Source of the DNA: an uncultured Bacteroidales bacterium
Lineage (GTDB): Bacteria > Bacteroidota > Bacteroidia > Bacteroidales > Paludibacteraceae
Length of the DNA stretch: 64,000 nucleotides
Assembly: GCA_900319005.1 (NCBI GenBank)
Contig: ONMV01000016.1
Span: forward strand, 13,353-77,352
Direction: 5' to 3'
Of the stretch, positions 44,465 through 54,246 are shown piece after piece (position 1 is the first letter of the stretch; each line of letters begins with the position of its first letter). Position numbers and translations under genes: made by a program. A model generated the notes under the pieces. It was not told the DNA's origin. It worked only from the letters and a program-made list of their open reading frames with translations, and searched no databases.

Positions 44465-47400
44465 TTACTTCGCGTACGCCGCATAATCAGCGTAATACTT
44501 ATCCACCAATTCATTTTCGCCGTAACGCTCGCATGTCTGGAGAACATACCCGAGGATCGCAGCTTCGCGTCCGGTCGTGGACTCCATAAGAGCACGTTGA
44601 CGACGATTGAGCGATGCTGCAAAACGCAGATACTCAACGCATGTATTTGCTACTGCATCCATGATAGCTACCGCTTTCTCGTTCTGCTTGAGCAGGAAAT
44701 ACAACTGTCCCATCGATGCCGAAGTGTAATCGTACGGGATATTATATCCGGGCAGTTGCTCCTCGGCGTAATCGAGCACCTCCAATGCTTTGTCACGTTG
44801 GTTCTCGCGGACAAGTTGTTCCGCCAGTTGTGCGAACATCATTCGGTGAGTGCGACACATACGCATTAAATTCTCGTCAATATAGATGCCGGGCATGTTC
44901 ATATTGCCATAGGCAAACTTATGCATCATATTCTCGTACATTACTTCCGAGTTAACGCGAGGTTGTCCGTCACGACTGCGGGTCGGTGTGATACGATATG
45001 CCAGACCTGTGAGCTCCATGTATGGCTCAAGACCAAGGTAATAATCGTTGCCCACGGTAGCGCAGAAATACATCGGTCGCTGCCATTTATTCGTGGACAG
45101 CATCTCCATGATCATCATCTCCGAACGGGTGTACATTCGTTTTTTCTTGAATAGAATCTGTTCTCCGTCGGGAGTCTCCACATAGAGTTGGTCGGAAGGC
45201 AGGAAGTTATCCCCTTCGCGGGTCTTGGTTCGTGGATCATCCGAACGCAGGAAATTGAAGGCTTTCTCCACAGAGATCGGCTGACCGAGCTTATTGTCCA
45301 CACGGGCTATCTCATTAGCGCCCGGCATGAAATCCTTGTATTCCCATGAGATTGGCAGAGCTGCCGACTCGTAGTAAGGTCGCTTCATCTGCGAGATGTA
45401 CCAATCGGTCTGGAGATAACTCAGGTTGCACACACGCAAATCGGTTCCCACTTCCTCCACCTCTTGGTTGTACCAGAGAGGGAAGGTGTCGTTATCGCCG
45501 TTGGAGAAGAGGATCGCTTGTGTCTCACAGGATTTCAAGTAGTTTGCTCCGAAATCGCGGCACGAGTAACGGTTTGAACGGTCATGGTCGTCCCAGTTCT
45601 GCTGAGCCATCAATGCCGGCACACCCAGACAAACAACAGAAACAACGACTGCTACGGCATTTTTAATCCATTGTCCTTTGTCCTTTATCCATTGTCCATT
45701 GATCCAATCAATAATCGCCAGCACGCCTAAACCAATCCAGATACAGAAAGCATAGAACGAACCCGCGTACGCATAATCACGTTCACGAGGCTGATAAGGT
45801 GTCTGGTTCAGGTATATAACAATCGCCAAACCTGTCAGGAAAAACAGCAGGAACGTCAGCGTAAAGTTCTTCCAACCTTCTGCCTTTCCGTCTTTGTCGC
45901 GCTTGCCGCATTGCCAAACTATTCCGATGATACCTAACAGCAAAGGCAGGAAATAATAGACGTTATGTCCCTTATTCTCTTTCAGTTCCGTGGGTAACAG
46001 CGATTGGTCGCCAAGCATCGCATTGTCAATAAAATCGATACCGGATATCCAGTTTCCTTTGGTGATTTCACCATAAGACTGAAGGTCATTCTGACGACCC
46101 ACAAAATTCCACATGAAATAGCGCCAATACATGAAATTGACTTGGTAACGGAAGAAGAACCGCATGTTCTCCGCAAAAGTCGGGCAATAATCCGTTTTCT
46201 GCTGTCCGCAGTAGTCGTACCGTACACGTTTGCCTTTCACGTTTGCCCATTCCTTATAGGCGGAAACATGGCTTCCTTGAGAGGAATACATACGCGGGAA
46301 GAGCATGCAGAACTGAGGCATATACTTGTATGAAGTCTTGTATCCCGTGATTGCATAGTGGTCTTTCTCGCCCTCTTTTTTAGGAGCCGGCGCGTACTGC
46401 GCATGACCTTGATTCTCAACGGGGATACACATGTTTCCTTCTATCCGCAACTCAACCGGCGCATTGTAGGTCTGACCGTATATGAGAGGACGATCACCGT
46501 ACTGCTCGCGGTTCAGGTAATACTTGAGACTGAAGACATTGTCAGGACTGTTCTGATCCATCGGTGTGTCGGCATTCGAACGGATTACGAGCGCGGCATA
46601 AGAGCTGTAACCGATAAGAATCACGGCAAGCATGATAACCGACGTGTTCGCCCAACGCCATTCGCGCTTACGGGTGTACCAAATCGCCCATACGATCGCT
46701 GCTATGGTCAGAACAAGGCATACCCACATTCCCGTATTGAACGGACATCCGAGACCATTGACAAACGCCAACTCAAACCAACCGATCAAGGTCGGGAAAC
46801 CGGGGATGATACCATACAGAATCACCAGCAAAACCGCACAAGAAGCGAGAAAGGCATAAATCAATCCCTTCCAACTGAACTCGTATTTACGGAAGTAATA
46901 AACGAGCCCGATTGCCGGAATCGTCAAGAGGTTCAACAAGTGGACACCGATACTCAAACCCATCAAATAAGCGATGAGAATGAGCCATTTATCCGAGCCC
47001 TCTTCGTCTGCCTGTTCGTCCCATTTCAAAATTAACCAGAACACAACTGCGGTGAACAGCGACGAACTCGCATACACCTCACCTTCAACGGCTGAGAACC
47101 AGAATGTGTCAGAGAACGTGTATGCCAATGCACCTACGGTACCGGCTCCGAGCAGGGCGATCCCTTTCCAGAGCGTGTCCGGTTGCACCAGTTTCTTCGC
47201 GAGCGCAGTAATCGTCCAGAATAGGAACAAGATTGTGAAAGCACTCGCGAGTGCAGACAACGCGTTTACACACATCGCCACATGAGCCGTGTCTGACGCA
47301 AACAAACTAAAGAAATGTCCCATGAGCATAAAAAACGGTGCTCCGGGTGGGTGTCCAACGTCTAATTTCCAAGCGCTGGAGATGAACTCTCCGCAATCCC

Positions 47401-47500
47401 AAAAAGAAGCGGTAGGTTCCATCGTCAGGAGATACGTCGCTGCTGCTACGGCAAATACCATCCAGCCGCAGAGCGTATTCCAAAGTTTAAAATTTTTCAT
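44465..47500 (-). CDS. DUF2723-type large GT-C-fold membrane glycosyltransferase-like protein with a C-terminal TPR-like region
   Basis: N-terminus TMEPTASFWDCGEFISSAWKLDVGHPPGAPFF is characteristic of DUF2723. More than 10 TM helices. 1011 aa. Confidence 0.75.
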   Translation of the reverse strand: MKNFKLWNTLCGWMVFAVAAATYLLTMEPTASFWDCGEFISSAWKLDVGHPPGAPFFMLMGHFFSLFASDTAHVAMCVNALSALASAFTILFLFWTITALAKKLVQPDTLWKGIALLGAGTVGALAYTFSDTFWFSAVEGEVYASSSLFTAVVFWLILKWDEQADEEGSDKWLILIAYLMGLSIGVHLLNLLTIPAIGLVYYFRKYEFSWKGLIYAFLASCAVLLVILYGIIPGFPTLIGWFELAFVNGLGCPFNTGMWVCLVLTIAAIVWAIWYTRKREWRWANTSVIMLAVILIGYSSYAALVIRSNADTPMDQNSPDNVFSLKYYLNREQYGDRPLIYGQTYNAPVELRIEGNMCIPVENQGHAQYAPAPKKEGEKDHYAITGYKTSYKYMPQFCMLFPRMYSSQGSHVSAYKEWANVKGKRVRYDYCGQQKTDYCPTFAENMRFFFRYQVNFMYWRYFMWNFVGRQNDLQSYGEITKGNWISGIDFIDNAMLGDQSLLPTELKENKGHNVYYFLPLLLGIIGIVWQCGKRDKDGKAEGWKNFTLTFLLFFLTGLAIVIYLNQTPYQPRERDYAYAGSFYAFCIWIGLGVLAIIDWINGQWIKDKGQWIKNAVAVVVSVVCLGVPALMAQQNWDDHDRSNRYSCRDFGANYLKSCETQAILFSNGDNDTFPLWYNQEVEEVGTDLRVCNLSYLQTDWYISQMKRPYYESAALPISWEYKDFMPGANEIARVDNKLGQPISVEKAFNFLRSDDPRTKTREGDNFLPSDQLYVETPDGEQILFKKKRMYTRSEMMIMEMLSTNKWQRPMYFCATVGNDYYLGLEPYMELTGLAYRITPTRSRDGQPRVNSEVMYENMMHKFAYGNMNMPGIYIDENLMRMCRTHRMMFAQLAEQLVRENQRDKALEVLDYAEEQLPGYNIPYDYTSASMGQLYFLLKQNEKAVAIMDAVANTCVEYLRFAASLNRRQRALMESTTGREAAILGYVLQTCERYGENELVDKYYADYAAYAK

Positions 47501-47548
47501 TTTATCGTTGTTTTTTAGTTAAAGGCGCATAAAAAGCCAATTTGGGTG

Positions 47549-47556
47549 CAAAGGTA
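47549..47556 (-). promoter_or_regulatory. -7 box TACCTTTG upstream of the DUF2723 gene (no canonical -33)
   Basis: caaaggta on the plus strand, 49 nt upstream of the ATG at 47500. Confidence 0.45.
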
Positions 47557-47638
47557 CTACAAAAAATTGAAATCTGAAAATCAAAAATCAAAAAATTGCA
47601 TATATATATGTTTTTTTTTAAAAAATGTTCGCGCGCGC

Positions 47639-47669
47639 TTGCATATATAAAAAAAATGTTGTATCTTTG
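47639..47669 (+). promoter_or_regulatory. Bacteroidetes sigma-A promoter for the polysaccharide locus (cTTG-N20-TATCTTTG)
   Basis: TTG catatataaaaaaaatgttg TATCTTTG. ATG at 47713. Confidence 0.65.
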
Positions 47670-47712
47670 CGGGCTTTTTTGTAAATAAAAAAATATAAAA
47701 TCAAATACAAAC

Positions 47713-48468
47713 ATGATTAAAGTTGGAATTATTGGGTGTGGCTTCGTGGGAGGAGCCCTAAAAAACTGGTTGGAAAACAACAACCCCGAGTGTAAATTAT
47801 TCATCAGCGACCCGTACAAGGGTTACAACGATGACTTGAGCGACATTGACATCGCCTTTCTGCAAATCCATGTCCCCACAGAGGAAGATGGTACGCAAGA
47901 TTTGCGACTCATGAAAGAGCTGATCACCAAACTGCCGGACGTACCCGTTTTCGTTCGCACGACCATTCTGCCGGGCTCAAGCGAAATGCTCACCCGCGAA
48001 ACCGGACACAACGTCTATTACATGCCGGAGTTCCTCACAGAGCGAACATTCATCGAGGACTTCAACAAACAGACTATGGTCTTCACCGGAGCACAAGATC
48101 TGCTCACGAAGATCTTCGTCGGCAAGAAATTTACTGTCATGTCCCCGCTCGAGGCAGAACTCACCAAGTACATGCATAATGTCTTCGGCGCATACAAAGT
48201 AACCTATTTCAACGCTTGCAAAGAGTACTGCGAGAAAATGGGAGCCGATTGGCGCAAAGTGCACACAGGTGTACTCCTCTCCGGATATATCAACGACACC
48301 CATACCTACGTTCCCGGTCCGGACGGCAAATATGGTTATGGTGGCAAATGTTTCCCGAAAGATGTGAATGCCTTCGCAGAGATGACCAAAGGCACCTCTC
48401 TTGGCACCCTCTTGGAGCACCTCCACGAACTGAACGTTCATTTCCGCGGCGTCGAGGAGCACATTTAA
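47713..48468 (+). CDS. short nucleotide-sugar dehydrogenase-like protein (UDPGDH N-terminal and central domains only)
   Basis: Rossmann GIIGCGFVGGAL, PEFLTERTFIEDF, and catalytic-Cys motif GYGGKCFPKD. It ends at 251 aa without the C-terminal UDP-binding domain. Confidence 0.7.
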   Translation: MIKVGIIGCGFVGGALKNWLENNNPECKLFISDPYKGYNDDLSDIDIAFLQIHVPTEEDGTQDLRLMKELITKLPDVPVFVRTTILPGSSEMLTRETGHNVYYMPEFLTERTFIEDFNKQTMVFTGAQDLLTKIFVGKKFTVMSPLEAELTKYMHNVFGAYKVTYFNACKEYCEKMGADWRKVHTGVLLSGYINDTHTYVPGPDGKYGYGGKCFPKDVNAFAEMTKGTSLGTLLEHLHELNVHFRGVEEHI

Positions 48469-48491
48469 CCACCCCATTCGGTACTTGTCTC

Positions 48492-48536
48492 AACGACGGT
48501 CGAACGACGGTTAAACGACGGTCAACCGACAGTCAG
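48492..48536. repeat. tandem (aacgacggtc) word repeat, intergenic
   Basis: aacgacggtcgaacgacggttaaacgacggtcaaccgacagtcag. Confidence 0.8.
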
Positions 48537-48596
48537 AGCATAAATCGGTACTCTCTTAGTACACCATTTTTAATTTATAATATTTAATTTTTAATT

Positions 48597-49835
48597 ATGA
48601 GAATTAGTGTTGCAGGAACAGGATACGTGGGTCTCAGCATCGCTACCCTCCTCGCCCAGCACAATGAAGTGATGGCGGTGGACATCGTCCCCAAGAAAGT
48701 GGAGATGATCAATGCCCGCCGTTCGCCCATTCAAGACGAGTATATCGAGAAATACCTCGCGGAGAAGGAATTGAACCTCACCGCCACACTCGATGCCGAA
48801 GCAGCCTACAAGGATGCCGAATACGTGGTTATCGCAGCTCCGACGAACTACGACAGCCAGCGGAACTATTTCGACACCTCCGCCGTGGAGAATGTCATCG
48901 AAACAGTCCTTCGTATCAACCCGCAGGCAATCATGGTCATCAAATCGACCATTCCTGTCGGCTATACCGAGTCCGTCCGTCGCAAATATAACTGCGACAA
49001 CATCCTCTTCTCGCCTGAGTTCCTCCGCGAGTCCAAAGCGCTCTACGACAACCTCTACCCTTCCCGTATCATCGTCGGAACGGTCAAAGGAGACGAACGC
49101 CTCACCAAGGCTGCAGAGCGTTTTGCTGCACTCCTCAAACAAGGTGCGCTCAAAGAGAACATCGAGACCCGTATTATGGGACTGACCGAAGCCGAAGCGG
49201 TCAAACTATTCGCGAACACGTACCTCGCGCTGCGTGTCAGCTATTTCAACGAACTCGACACATACGCGGAGATGAAAGGTCTTAACACCCAAGACATCAT
49301 CGATGGTGTTTGCCTCGACCCGCGTATCGGTACGCACTATAACAACCCATCCTTCGGTTATGGCGGTTACTGTCTCCCGAAAGACACCAAACAACTCTTG
49401 GCGAACTACCAAGACGTGCCGGAGAACCTCATCGAAGCGATTGTAGAGTCAAACCGCACTCGCAAGGACTTCATCGCCGATCGAGTGCTCGCGAAAGCCG
49501 GGTACTACGATTATTACCACCGTGGTGATTTTGATGCCAAACAGGAGAAGAACTGCGTCATCGGAGTCTATCGCCTGACGATGAAATCGAACTCCGATAA
49601 CTTCCGTCAGTCCTCAATCCAAGGAATCATGAAGCGCGTAAAAGCGAAAGGAGCACAAGTCATCATCTACGAACCAACGCTCGAAAACGGCAGTACGTTC
49701 TTCGGTTCTCTCGTGGTAAACGACCTCACAGAGTTTAAGAGCCGCAGCCAAGCCATCATTGCAAACCGCTATGACGCTTCCTTGGATGACGTCCAAGAAA
49801 AAGTGTACACCCGTGACATCTTTAGAAGAGATTAA
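48597..49835 (+). CDS. ugd: UDP-glucose 6-dehydrogenase
   Basis: [30 protein letters not shown], plus the C-terminal UDP-binding domain. 412 aa. Confidence 0.88.
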   Translation: MRISVAGTGYVGLSIATLLAQHNEVMAVDIVPKKVEMINARRSPIQDEYIEKYLAEKELNLTATLDAEAAYKDAEYVVIAAPTNYDSQRNYFDTSAVENVIETVLRINPQAIMVIKSTIPVGYTESVRRKYNCDNILFSPEFLRESKALYDNLYPSRIIVGTVKGDERLTKAAERFAALLKQGALKENIETRIMGLTEAEAVKLFANTYLALRVSYFNELDTYAEMKGLNTQDIIDGVCLDPRIGTHYNNPSFGYGGYCLPKDTKQLLANYQDVPENLIEAIVESNRTRKDFIADRVLAKAGYYDYYHRGDFDAKQEKNCVIGVYRLTMKSNSDNFRQSSIQGIMKRVKAKGAQVIIYEPTLENGSTFFGSLVVNDLTEFKSRSQAIIANRYDASLDDVQEKVYTRDIFRRD

Positions 49836-49873
49836 CCCCTTAGCCCCTTAGTCCCCTAGTCCCCTAGTATCCC
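49836..49873. repeat. tandem (cccctag/ccccttag) word repeat, intergenic
   Basis: ccccttagccccttagtcccctagtcccctagtatccc lies between the ugd stop and the wzx start. Confidence 0.85.
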
Positions 49874-49878
49874 ATTCC

Positions 49879-51132
49879 ATGTCTGACAAAATCGAACATA
49901 TCGGCAAACGCGAGATAGCTTGGAGTTATGCAGGAACCGCATTCATGATCGGAGCAGGAGTAATCCTCCTGCCCTTCATCCTGCATATGATGCCGCAAGA
50001 GACGGTGGGTATCTGGAATATCTTCCAAACCATCACAGCCTTGGTTCTCCTGCTCGATTTTGGTTTCCGTCCGTCCTTTGCCCGTAACATCAGTTACATC
50101 TTCTCCGGCGTCAAGACGCTCCAGAAAGAAGGAGTGGCGCATGTAGATGCCAATGCGGAAGTGGATTACGGACTGCTGAAAGGAACACTGGTCGCCATGC
50201 GGCGGTTCTACCGCTGGATAGCAATAGGGGTCTTCGTTATTCTCGCTACTGCCGGAACCGCTTATTTCTACTATATCCTGCAGAAATACTCCGGCGACCG
50301 GCAAGATGCGATGGTAGCCTGGGTGCTTCTGATCGCCATCAACTGCTATAACCTCTACACCTTCTACTACGATGCACTGTTGACCGGCAAAGGTTATGTC
50401 AAAGAGACCCAGCAGATCAATATACTGAGTCAGGTGGTGTACATCTGCTTGGCTATCGGACTGATTTACGCCGGATTTGGTCTGACAGCGATCATCAGCT
50501 CTCAATTGACAGCTACAATCATTCGCCGCGTAGCCACCTACCGCGTGTTCTTCAAACCCGAACTGCGCGCCAAACTGGAAAACGCGGAACCGCAAGATGC
50601 CGGCAACATCCTTCGTGCTATCACACCCAATGCCATCAAAATCGGCTTGACCCAATTAGGAGCCTTCCTTATCAGCCGCTCTGCAATCCTCATCGGATCT
50701 GCATACCTCACGCTGGACGAGATAGCCTGCTACGGCATCACCATGCAGGTAATGGAAGTGCTGGCGAGATGCGGACAGGTGATGTATATTGCTTACACTC
50801 CGCGTCTGGCGCAATGCCGCGCTGCCAATGATTTGCACCAGTTGAAAATCTATTATACATGGTGTGTACTCGCCTATGTCGGTATCTTCGCCGTAGGCGG
50901 ATTGGTATGGATCGGTTTGGGCGACTGGGCGCTTCAGCTCATCGGCAGCCGGACATCTTTTGTTCCTACCAACCTGCTGATTCTTGCTTTAGTAATCGGC
51001 TTTCTGGAGCATAACCACGCTTTGGCAGCCGGATTTATCATGGCGGACAACAAGATTCCCTTCTTTATCCCTTCGCTCCTGAGCGGAGCGGCAACAATCT
51101 CGGTCCGTTGCATCTGGGAATCATGGGCTTGA
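49879..51132 (+). CDS. wzx: Wzx-type polysaccharide flippase (MOP superfamily); 3' end apparently frameshifted, with coding potential continuing to 51215
   Basis: About 12 TM helices and a PST-like pattern. After about 51096 a different frame encodes LGPLHLGIMGLILAPGVAQLAYQNWKWPSVVIKELKDA*, which ends 1 nt before the next gene. Confidence 0.75.
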   Translation: MSDKIEHIGKREIAWSYAGTAFMIGAGVILLPFILHMMPQETVGIWNIFQTITALVLLLDFGFRPSFARNISYIFSGVKTLQKEGVAHVDANAEVDYGLLKGTLVAMRRFYRWIAIGVFVILATAGTAYFYYILQKYSGDRQDAMVAWVLLIAINCYNLYTFYYDALLTGKGYVKETQQINILSQVVYICLAIGLIYAGFGLTAIISSQLTATIIRRVATYRVFFKPELRAKLENAEPQDAGNILRAITPNAIKIGLTQLGAFLISRSAILIGSAYLTLDEIACYGITMQVMEVLARCGQVMYIAYTPRLAQCRAANDLHQLKIYYTWCVLAYVGIFAVGGLVWIGLGDWALQLIGSRTSFVPTNLLILALVIGFLEHNHALAAGFIMADNKIPFFIPSLLSGAATISVRCIWESWA

Positions 51133-51216
51133 TCTTGGCTCCGGGCGTAGCGCAGCTGGCATACCAGAACTGGAAATGGCCGAGCGTGGTGATCAAAGAA
51201 CTGAAAGACGCATAAG

Positions 51217-52464
51217 GTGGACGGACTATTGACAGATATTATCTTTTTCGGCAGTTTTATACTGGAAGTAATCCTGCTGACCATGGCTGAGAAAAAGCTA
51301 TGGGGCACTTGGTACACGCCTTTGAACTGTTTGGTGCTACCCTTCTGCGCGGTGTTGCTGGTTATTCTAACGATGCCATCGTCTCTGGGTTTTGTACATT
51401 TCTACGCTCCCAGCCTGCTTATTTGGATGGGTGGTATGATAGTTATGGCGATCCCGAGTTGGGCATTAGCCGCCGGTTATCGTAAATATCACTCCGAGCC
51501 GAAGATAGCTGCTTCTACGCCGAAGAATGAGAATCTCTTTTATATTTTCTGTACACTATTGATCATTCCGTTTCTGTTCCGCATACGGGGACTGATGAGT
51601 TCTTCGCTCAATATGATTGGTAGTGATGAGTTCGGAGAGGAGTTTGCGGTGTATGGTTTCTTTGGACATTTGCTGATTTTGCTGTTAGGATGCAGTATTG
51701 TTTTGTTCAGCTGTATCCGCAAAGGCAACCGGATCATACCTGTTCTGCTGATTTTGGCTATTACCATGATCGCCTTTTTGAACCAAGTGAAGAGTTGGGT
51801 GATGATTCCTCTCATGGCAGGTATGGTATTATGTCTGCTGACCGAAAAAATGCATCTGTCCGTCAAGGTGGTGTCCATCATAGCCGTCAGCGGAATCGTG
51901 CTGTTCATGGGCAGCTATTTCGTTATGTTTATTGTCGGAAACGGAGTCGAATACAACGAACATATGGGCAAATATGTCTTGGAACACATTTATCATTATA
52001 TCGCCAGCGGTATTTTAGGAATGAGCGAAGATGTACGGAAGGGAATAGTTGAACAGCCGAACCCGGATGTGCTCTTTGCCCCGTTTATCAATGCAGTCCA
52101 TGCCATCACAGGAGATCCGTATGTATCTGCCATTAACCCGCATTATTTTGAGATCAATACCAATAACGGCTTGCAGGATAATGTGCGCACAATTTTCGGG
52201 ACGATTTATGCCAACAGTATTGGAGGATTCTGGATTTTTACAGTAATCGTGATCAGCTCAATGGTTTATTTGGTTCGGATATGGGCTATTCAGTCGCAAT
52301 CGGTCTATATCGTGGCGATGGACGCATGGTTTTGCGCCCTGCTGGCGATGGGTTGGTTCGAATACTATTTCTTCCATGTCACGACGTTTGAGATTCCTAT
52401 TTTCCTAATCCTTTTATACGCCCTCAGCCATGTCTCCGTGCGCAGAAAGGAGGCGGTATGCTGA
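51217..52464 (+). CDS. O-antigen/capsule polymerase-like polytopic membrane protein (Wzy candidate)
   Basis: 415 aa with at least 10 TM helices, no soluble domains, and a position after wzx. GTG start. Assignment rests on context only. Confidence 0.55.
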   Translation: MDGLLTDIIFFGSFILEVILLTMAEKKLWGTWYTPLNCLVLPFCAVLLVILTMPSSLGFVHFYAPSLLIWMGGMIVMAIPSWALAAGYRKYHSEPKIAASTPKNENLFYIFCTLLIIPFLFRIRGLMSSSLNMIGSDEFGEEFAVYGFFGHLLILLLGCSIVLFSCIRKGNRIIPVLLILAITMIAFLNQVKSWVMIPLMAGMVLCLLTEKMHLSVKVVSIIAVSGIVLFMGSYFVMFIVGNGVEYNEHMGKYVLEHIYHYIASGILGMSEDVRKGIVEQPNPDVLFAPFINAVHAITGDPYVSAINPHYFEINTNNGLQDNVRTIFGTIYANSIGGFWIFTVIVISSMVYLVRIWAIQSQSVYIVAMDAWFCALLAMGWFEYYFFHVTTFEIPIFLILLYALSHVSVRRKEAVC

Positions 52465-53399
52465 GCATTATTATATTGAATTATAACGGCTGGCAGGACA
52501 CGATTGCTTGTCTGGAGTCGCTGCGGAAGCAGAGCTATACGGACTTCCGCGTCGTTGTAGCGGACAATGGTTCGTCGGACGAGTCCGTGGCGCAACTATC
52601 CCAATGGGCGAAAGAAGAACACATCGAGGCGCATTGGCTCCAAATACTGGCTTTTGACCAGAATTATGGTTTTGCAAAAGGGAATAACAAAGCCATCGAG
52701 GCCGTCAAGGATCTTCCGAGCGAATATTATCTGTGTCTCAATAACGACACAGAAATGGAGCCGGATTGCTTGCAGCAGTTGGTGGAGTACATGGAGCGCC
52801 ATCCGTATGTAACGGCTGTCACGCCCGGTATCCGTCTATATGACCGACCGGAACGGATGTGGAACGCCGGAGGCAGGCTGGTCTTCGGTGGCAGAAGGTA
52901 TTATTACATGGAGCAACCGGCAAAACTGTTAGACGGGAAAGATGAACTTCCTATTACGTTTATCACTGGTTGCGCGTTGCTGGTTCGCAGAGAATTGATA
53001 GCCGAACGACCGCTGTTCACAGAGCGCTTCTTCTTCGGCGAAGAGGACTTTGAATTCTCTCTTAGGATGCAGAAAGAAGGACGCCGGATGGTATGCCTTC
53101 CAACGGCTGTTATGTACCACAAAGTGGGTGGATCGCAGACAAAAGTGGTGTCTTACAACAAACTCTTTATCCACCAGCTCAACCGAATCATCAATCTGCG
53201 GAGTGCCTATTCGAAGCCGAAATACGTTCTGTGGATGATGCTGTATGTGCCATATGTGTACATCCGTTTCTTGGGAGGAATGAGTATGCGCGAGCGGAAC
53301 CGCTTCATGCGCCTGCTGCTGCGCGAGACACGCATCAACGACAGCGTCAGCAAAGAGTTGTTTGAGAAATATATTGCATATGCGTTTCATGCTCAATAA
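52458..53399 (+). CDS. glycosyltransferase family 2
   Basis: SIIILNYNGWQDT..CLESL..Q.Y.DF.VVV.DNGS.D.S and a later NNDTE motif. Confidence 0.85.
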   Translation: MLSIIILNYNGWQDTIACLESLRKQSYTDFRVVVADNGSSDESVAQLSQWAKEEHIEAHWLQILAFDQNYGFAKGNNKAIEAVKDLPSEYYLCLNNDTEMEPDCLQQLVEYMERHPYVTAVTPGIRLYDRPERMWNAGGRLVFGGRRYYYMEQPAKLLDGKDELPITFITGCALLVRRELIAERPLFTERFFFGEEDFEFSLRMQKEGRRMVCLPTAVMYHKVGGSQTKVVSYNKLFIHQLNRIINLRSAYSKPKYVLWMMLYVPYVYIRFLGGMSMRERNRFMRLLLRETRINDSVSKELFEKYIAYAFHAQ

Positions 53400-54246
53400 G
53401 TTATACATATTACTGCGATCCATATACGGTTACTTCCTCAAATGGGGATATGACTTAGGATTACTGTCCGTTCCTTCGCTGGGCGAACGGGAACAAGCGG
53501 ATGTGGTGGTTTCCCTCACCAGCTATGGTCGGCGGGTGAAAGAAGGGATCGTTTGCTACAGTATCTACTCTATCCTGCGGCAGACGCTTCAGCCCAAACG
53601 AATCATTCTTTGGCTGGCAGAAGACGAATGGACGGAAGATACGCTGCCAAAGAAAGTAGCGGAACTAAAGCAATACGGCGTGGAGATCCGTTTCTGTGAG
53701 AATATGCGGTCGTACAAAAAACTGCTTCCTACTCTGCAACTCCTGCCGGACGAAGATATAATTACCGTGGATGACGATGCGCTCTATCCGGCATTTTTGG
53801 TTCAACAGCTCTATTCGGAACATCTGGCGCACCCGAAAGATATTATTGCCGGTATTGCGGCTGCTCCGCAACCTGATCAGCCATACAATCTATGGCAAAA
53901 CACCCCCGGCGGAACAGAAGGGCTGTCGCTTTTTCCAACCGGAGTCGGAGGTATATTATATCCGGCGCATAGCTTGAAAAAAGAGATGATGGATTACGCG
54001 ATTGCCAAACAATATGCACCTTTTGCGGACGATGTGTGGTTCTGGGCGGCGGGTATGATTCAGAATACGATAAAACGCAGAATCGAGAGAACATACAACT
54101 GTGTTTCGTTCGACTCCATTTACCAGTATTTCCACAGCGGAAGTGCTTTGCAACACAGCAATGTCAAAGGAAACGGAATACTGACGAATGACGAGCAGAT
54201 CGCCGCCACAATGCAATATATTAAAGAGAGCTATGGAACTCGTTAG
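53389..54246 (+). CDS. putative glycosyltransferase (uncharacterised family, DxD-containing)
   Basis: VVSLTSYGRR..., ILWL.EDEW, and ITVDDDALYP (DxD). Start chosen at the MLNKLY ATG. Confidence 0.55.
   Translation: MLNKLYILLRSIYGYFLKWGYDLGLLSVPSLGEREQADVVVSLTSYGRRVKEGIVCYSIYSILRQTLQPKRIILWLAEDEWTEDTLPKKVAELKQYGVEIRFCENMRSYKKLLPTLQLLPDEDIITVDDDALYPAFLVQQLYSEHLAHPKDIIAGIAAAPQPDQPYNLWQNTPGGTEGLSLFPTGVGGILYPAHSLKKEMMDYAIAKQYAPFADDVWFWAAGMIQNTIKRRIERTYNCVSFDSIYQYFHSGSALQHSNVKGNGILTNDEQIAATMQYIKESYGTR

Noticed and set aside
47520-47712. Invertible (phase-variable) capsule promoter and UpxY/UpxZ antiterminator genes
   Set aside because: I found no flanking inverted repeats of the kind that bracket Bacteroides capsule invertons. 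No NusG-like ORF is present, only a fixed-orientation sigma-A promoter.
48591-50655. Minus-strand ORFs 48591..49142 and 49864..50655 opposite ugd and wzx
   Set aside because: They are antisense to genes with clear family motifs and show no independent signals.
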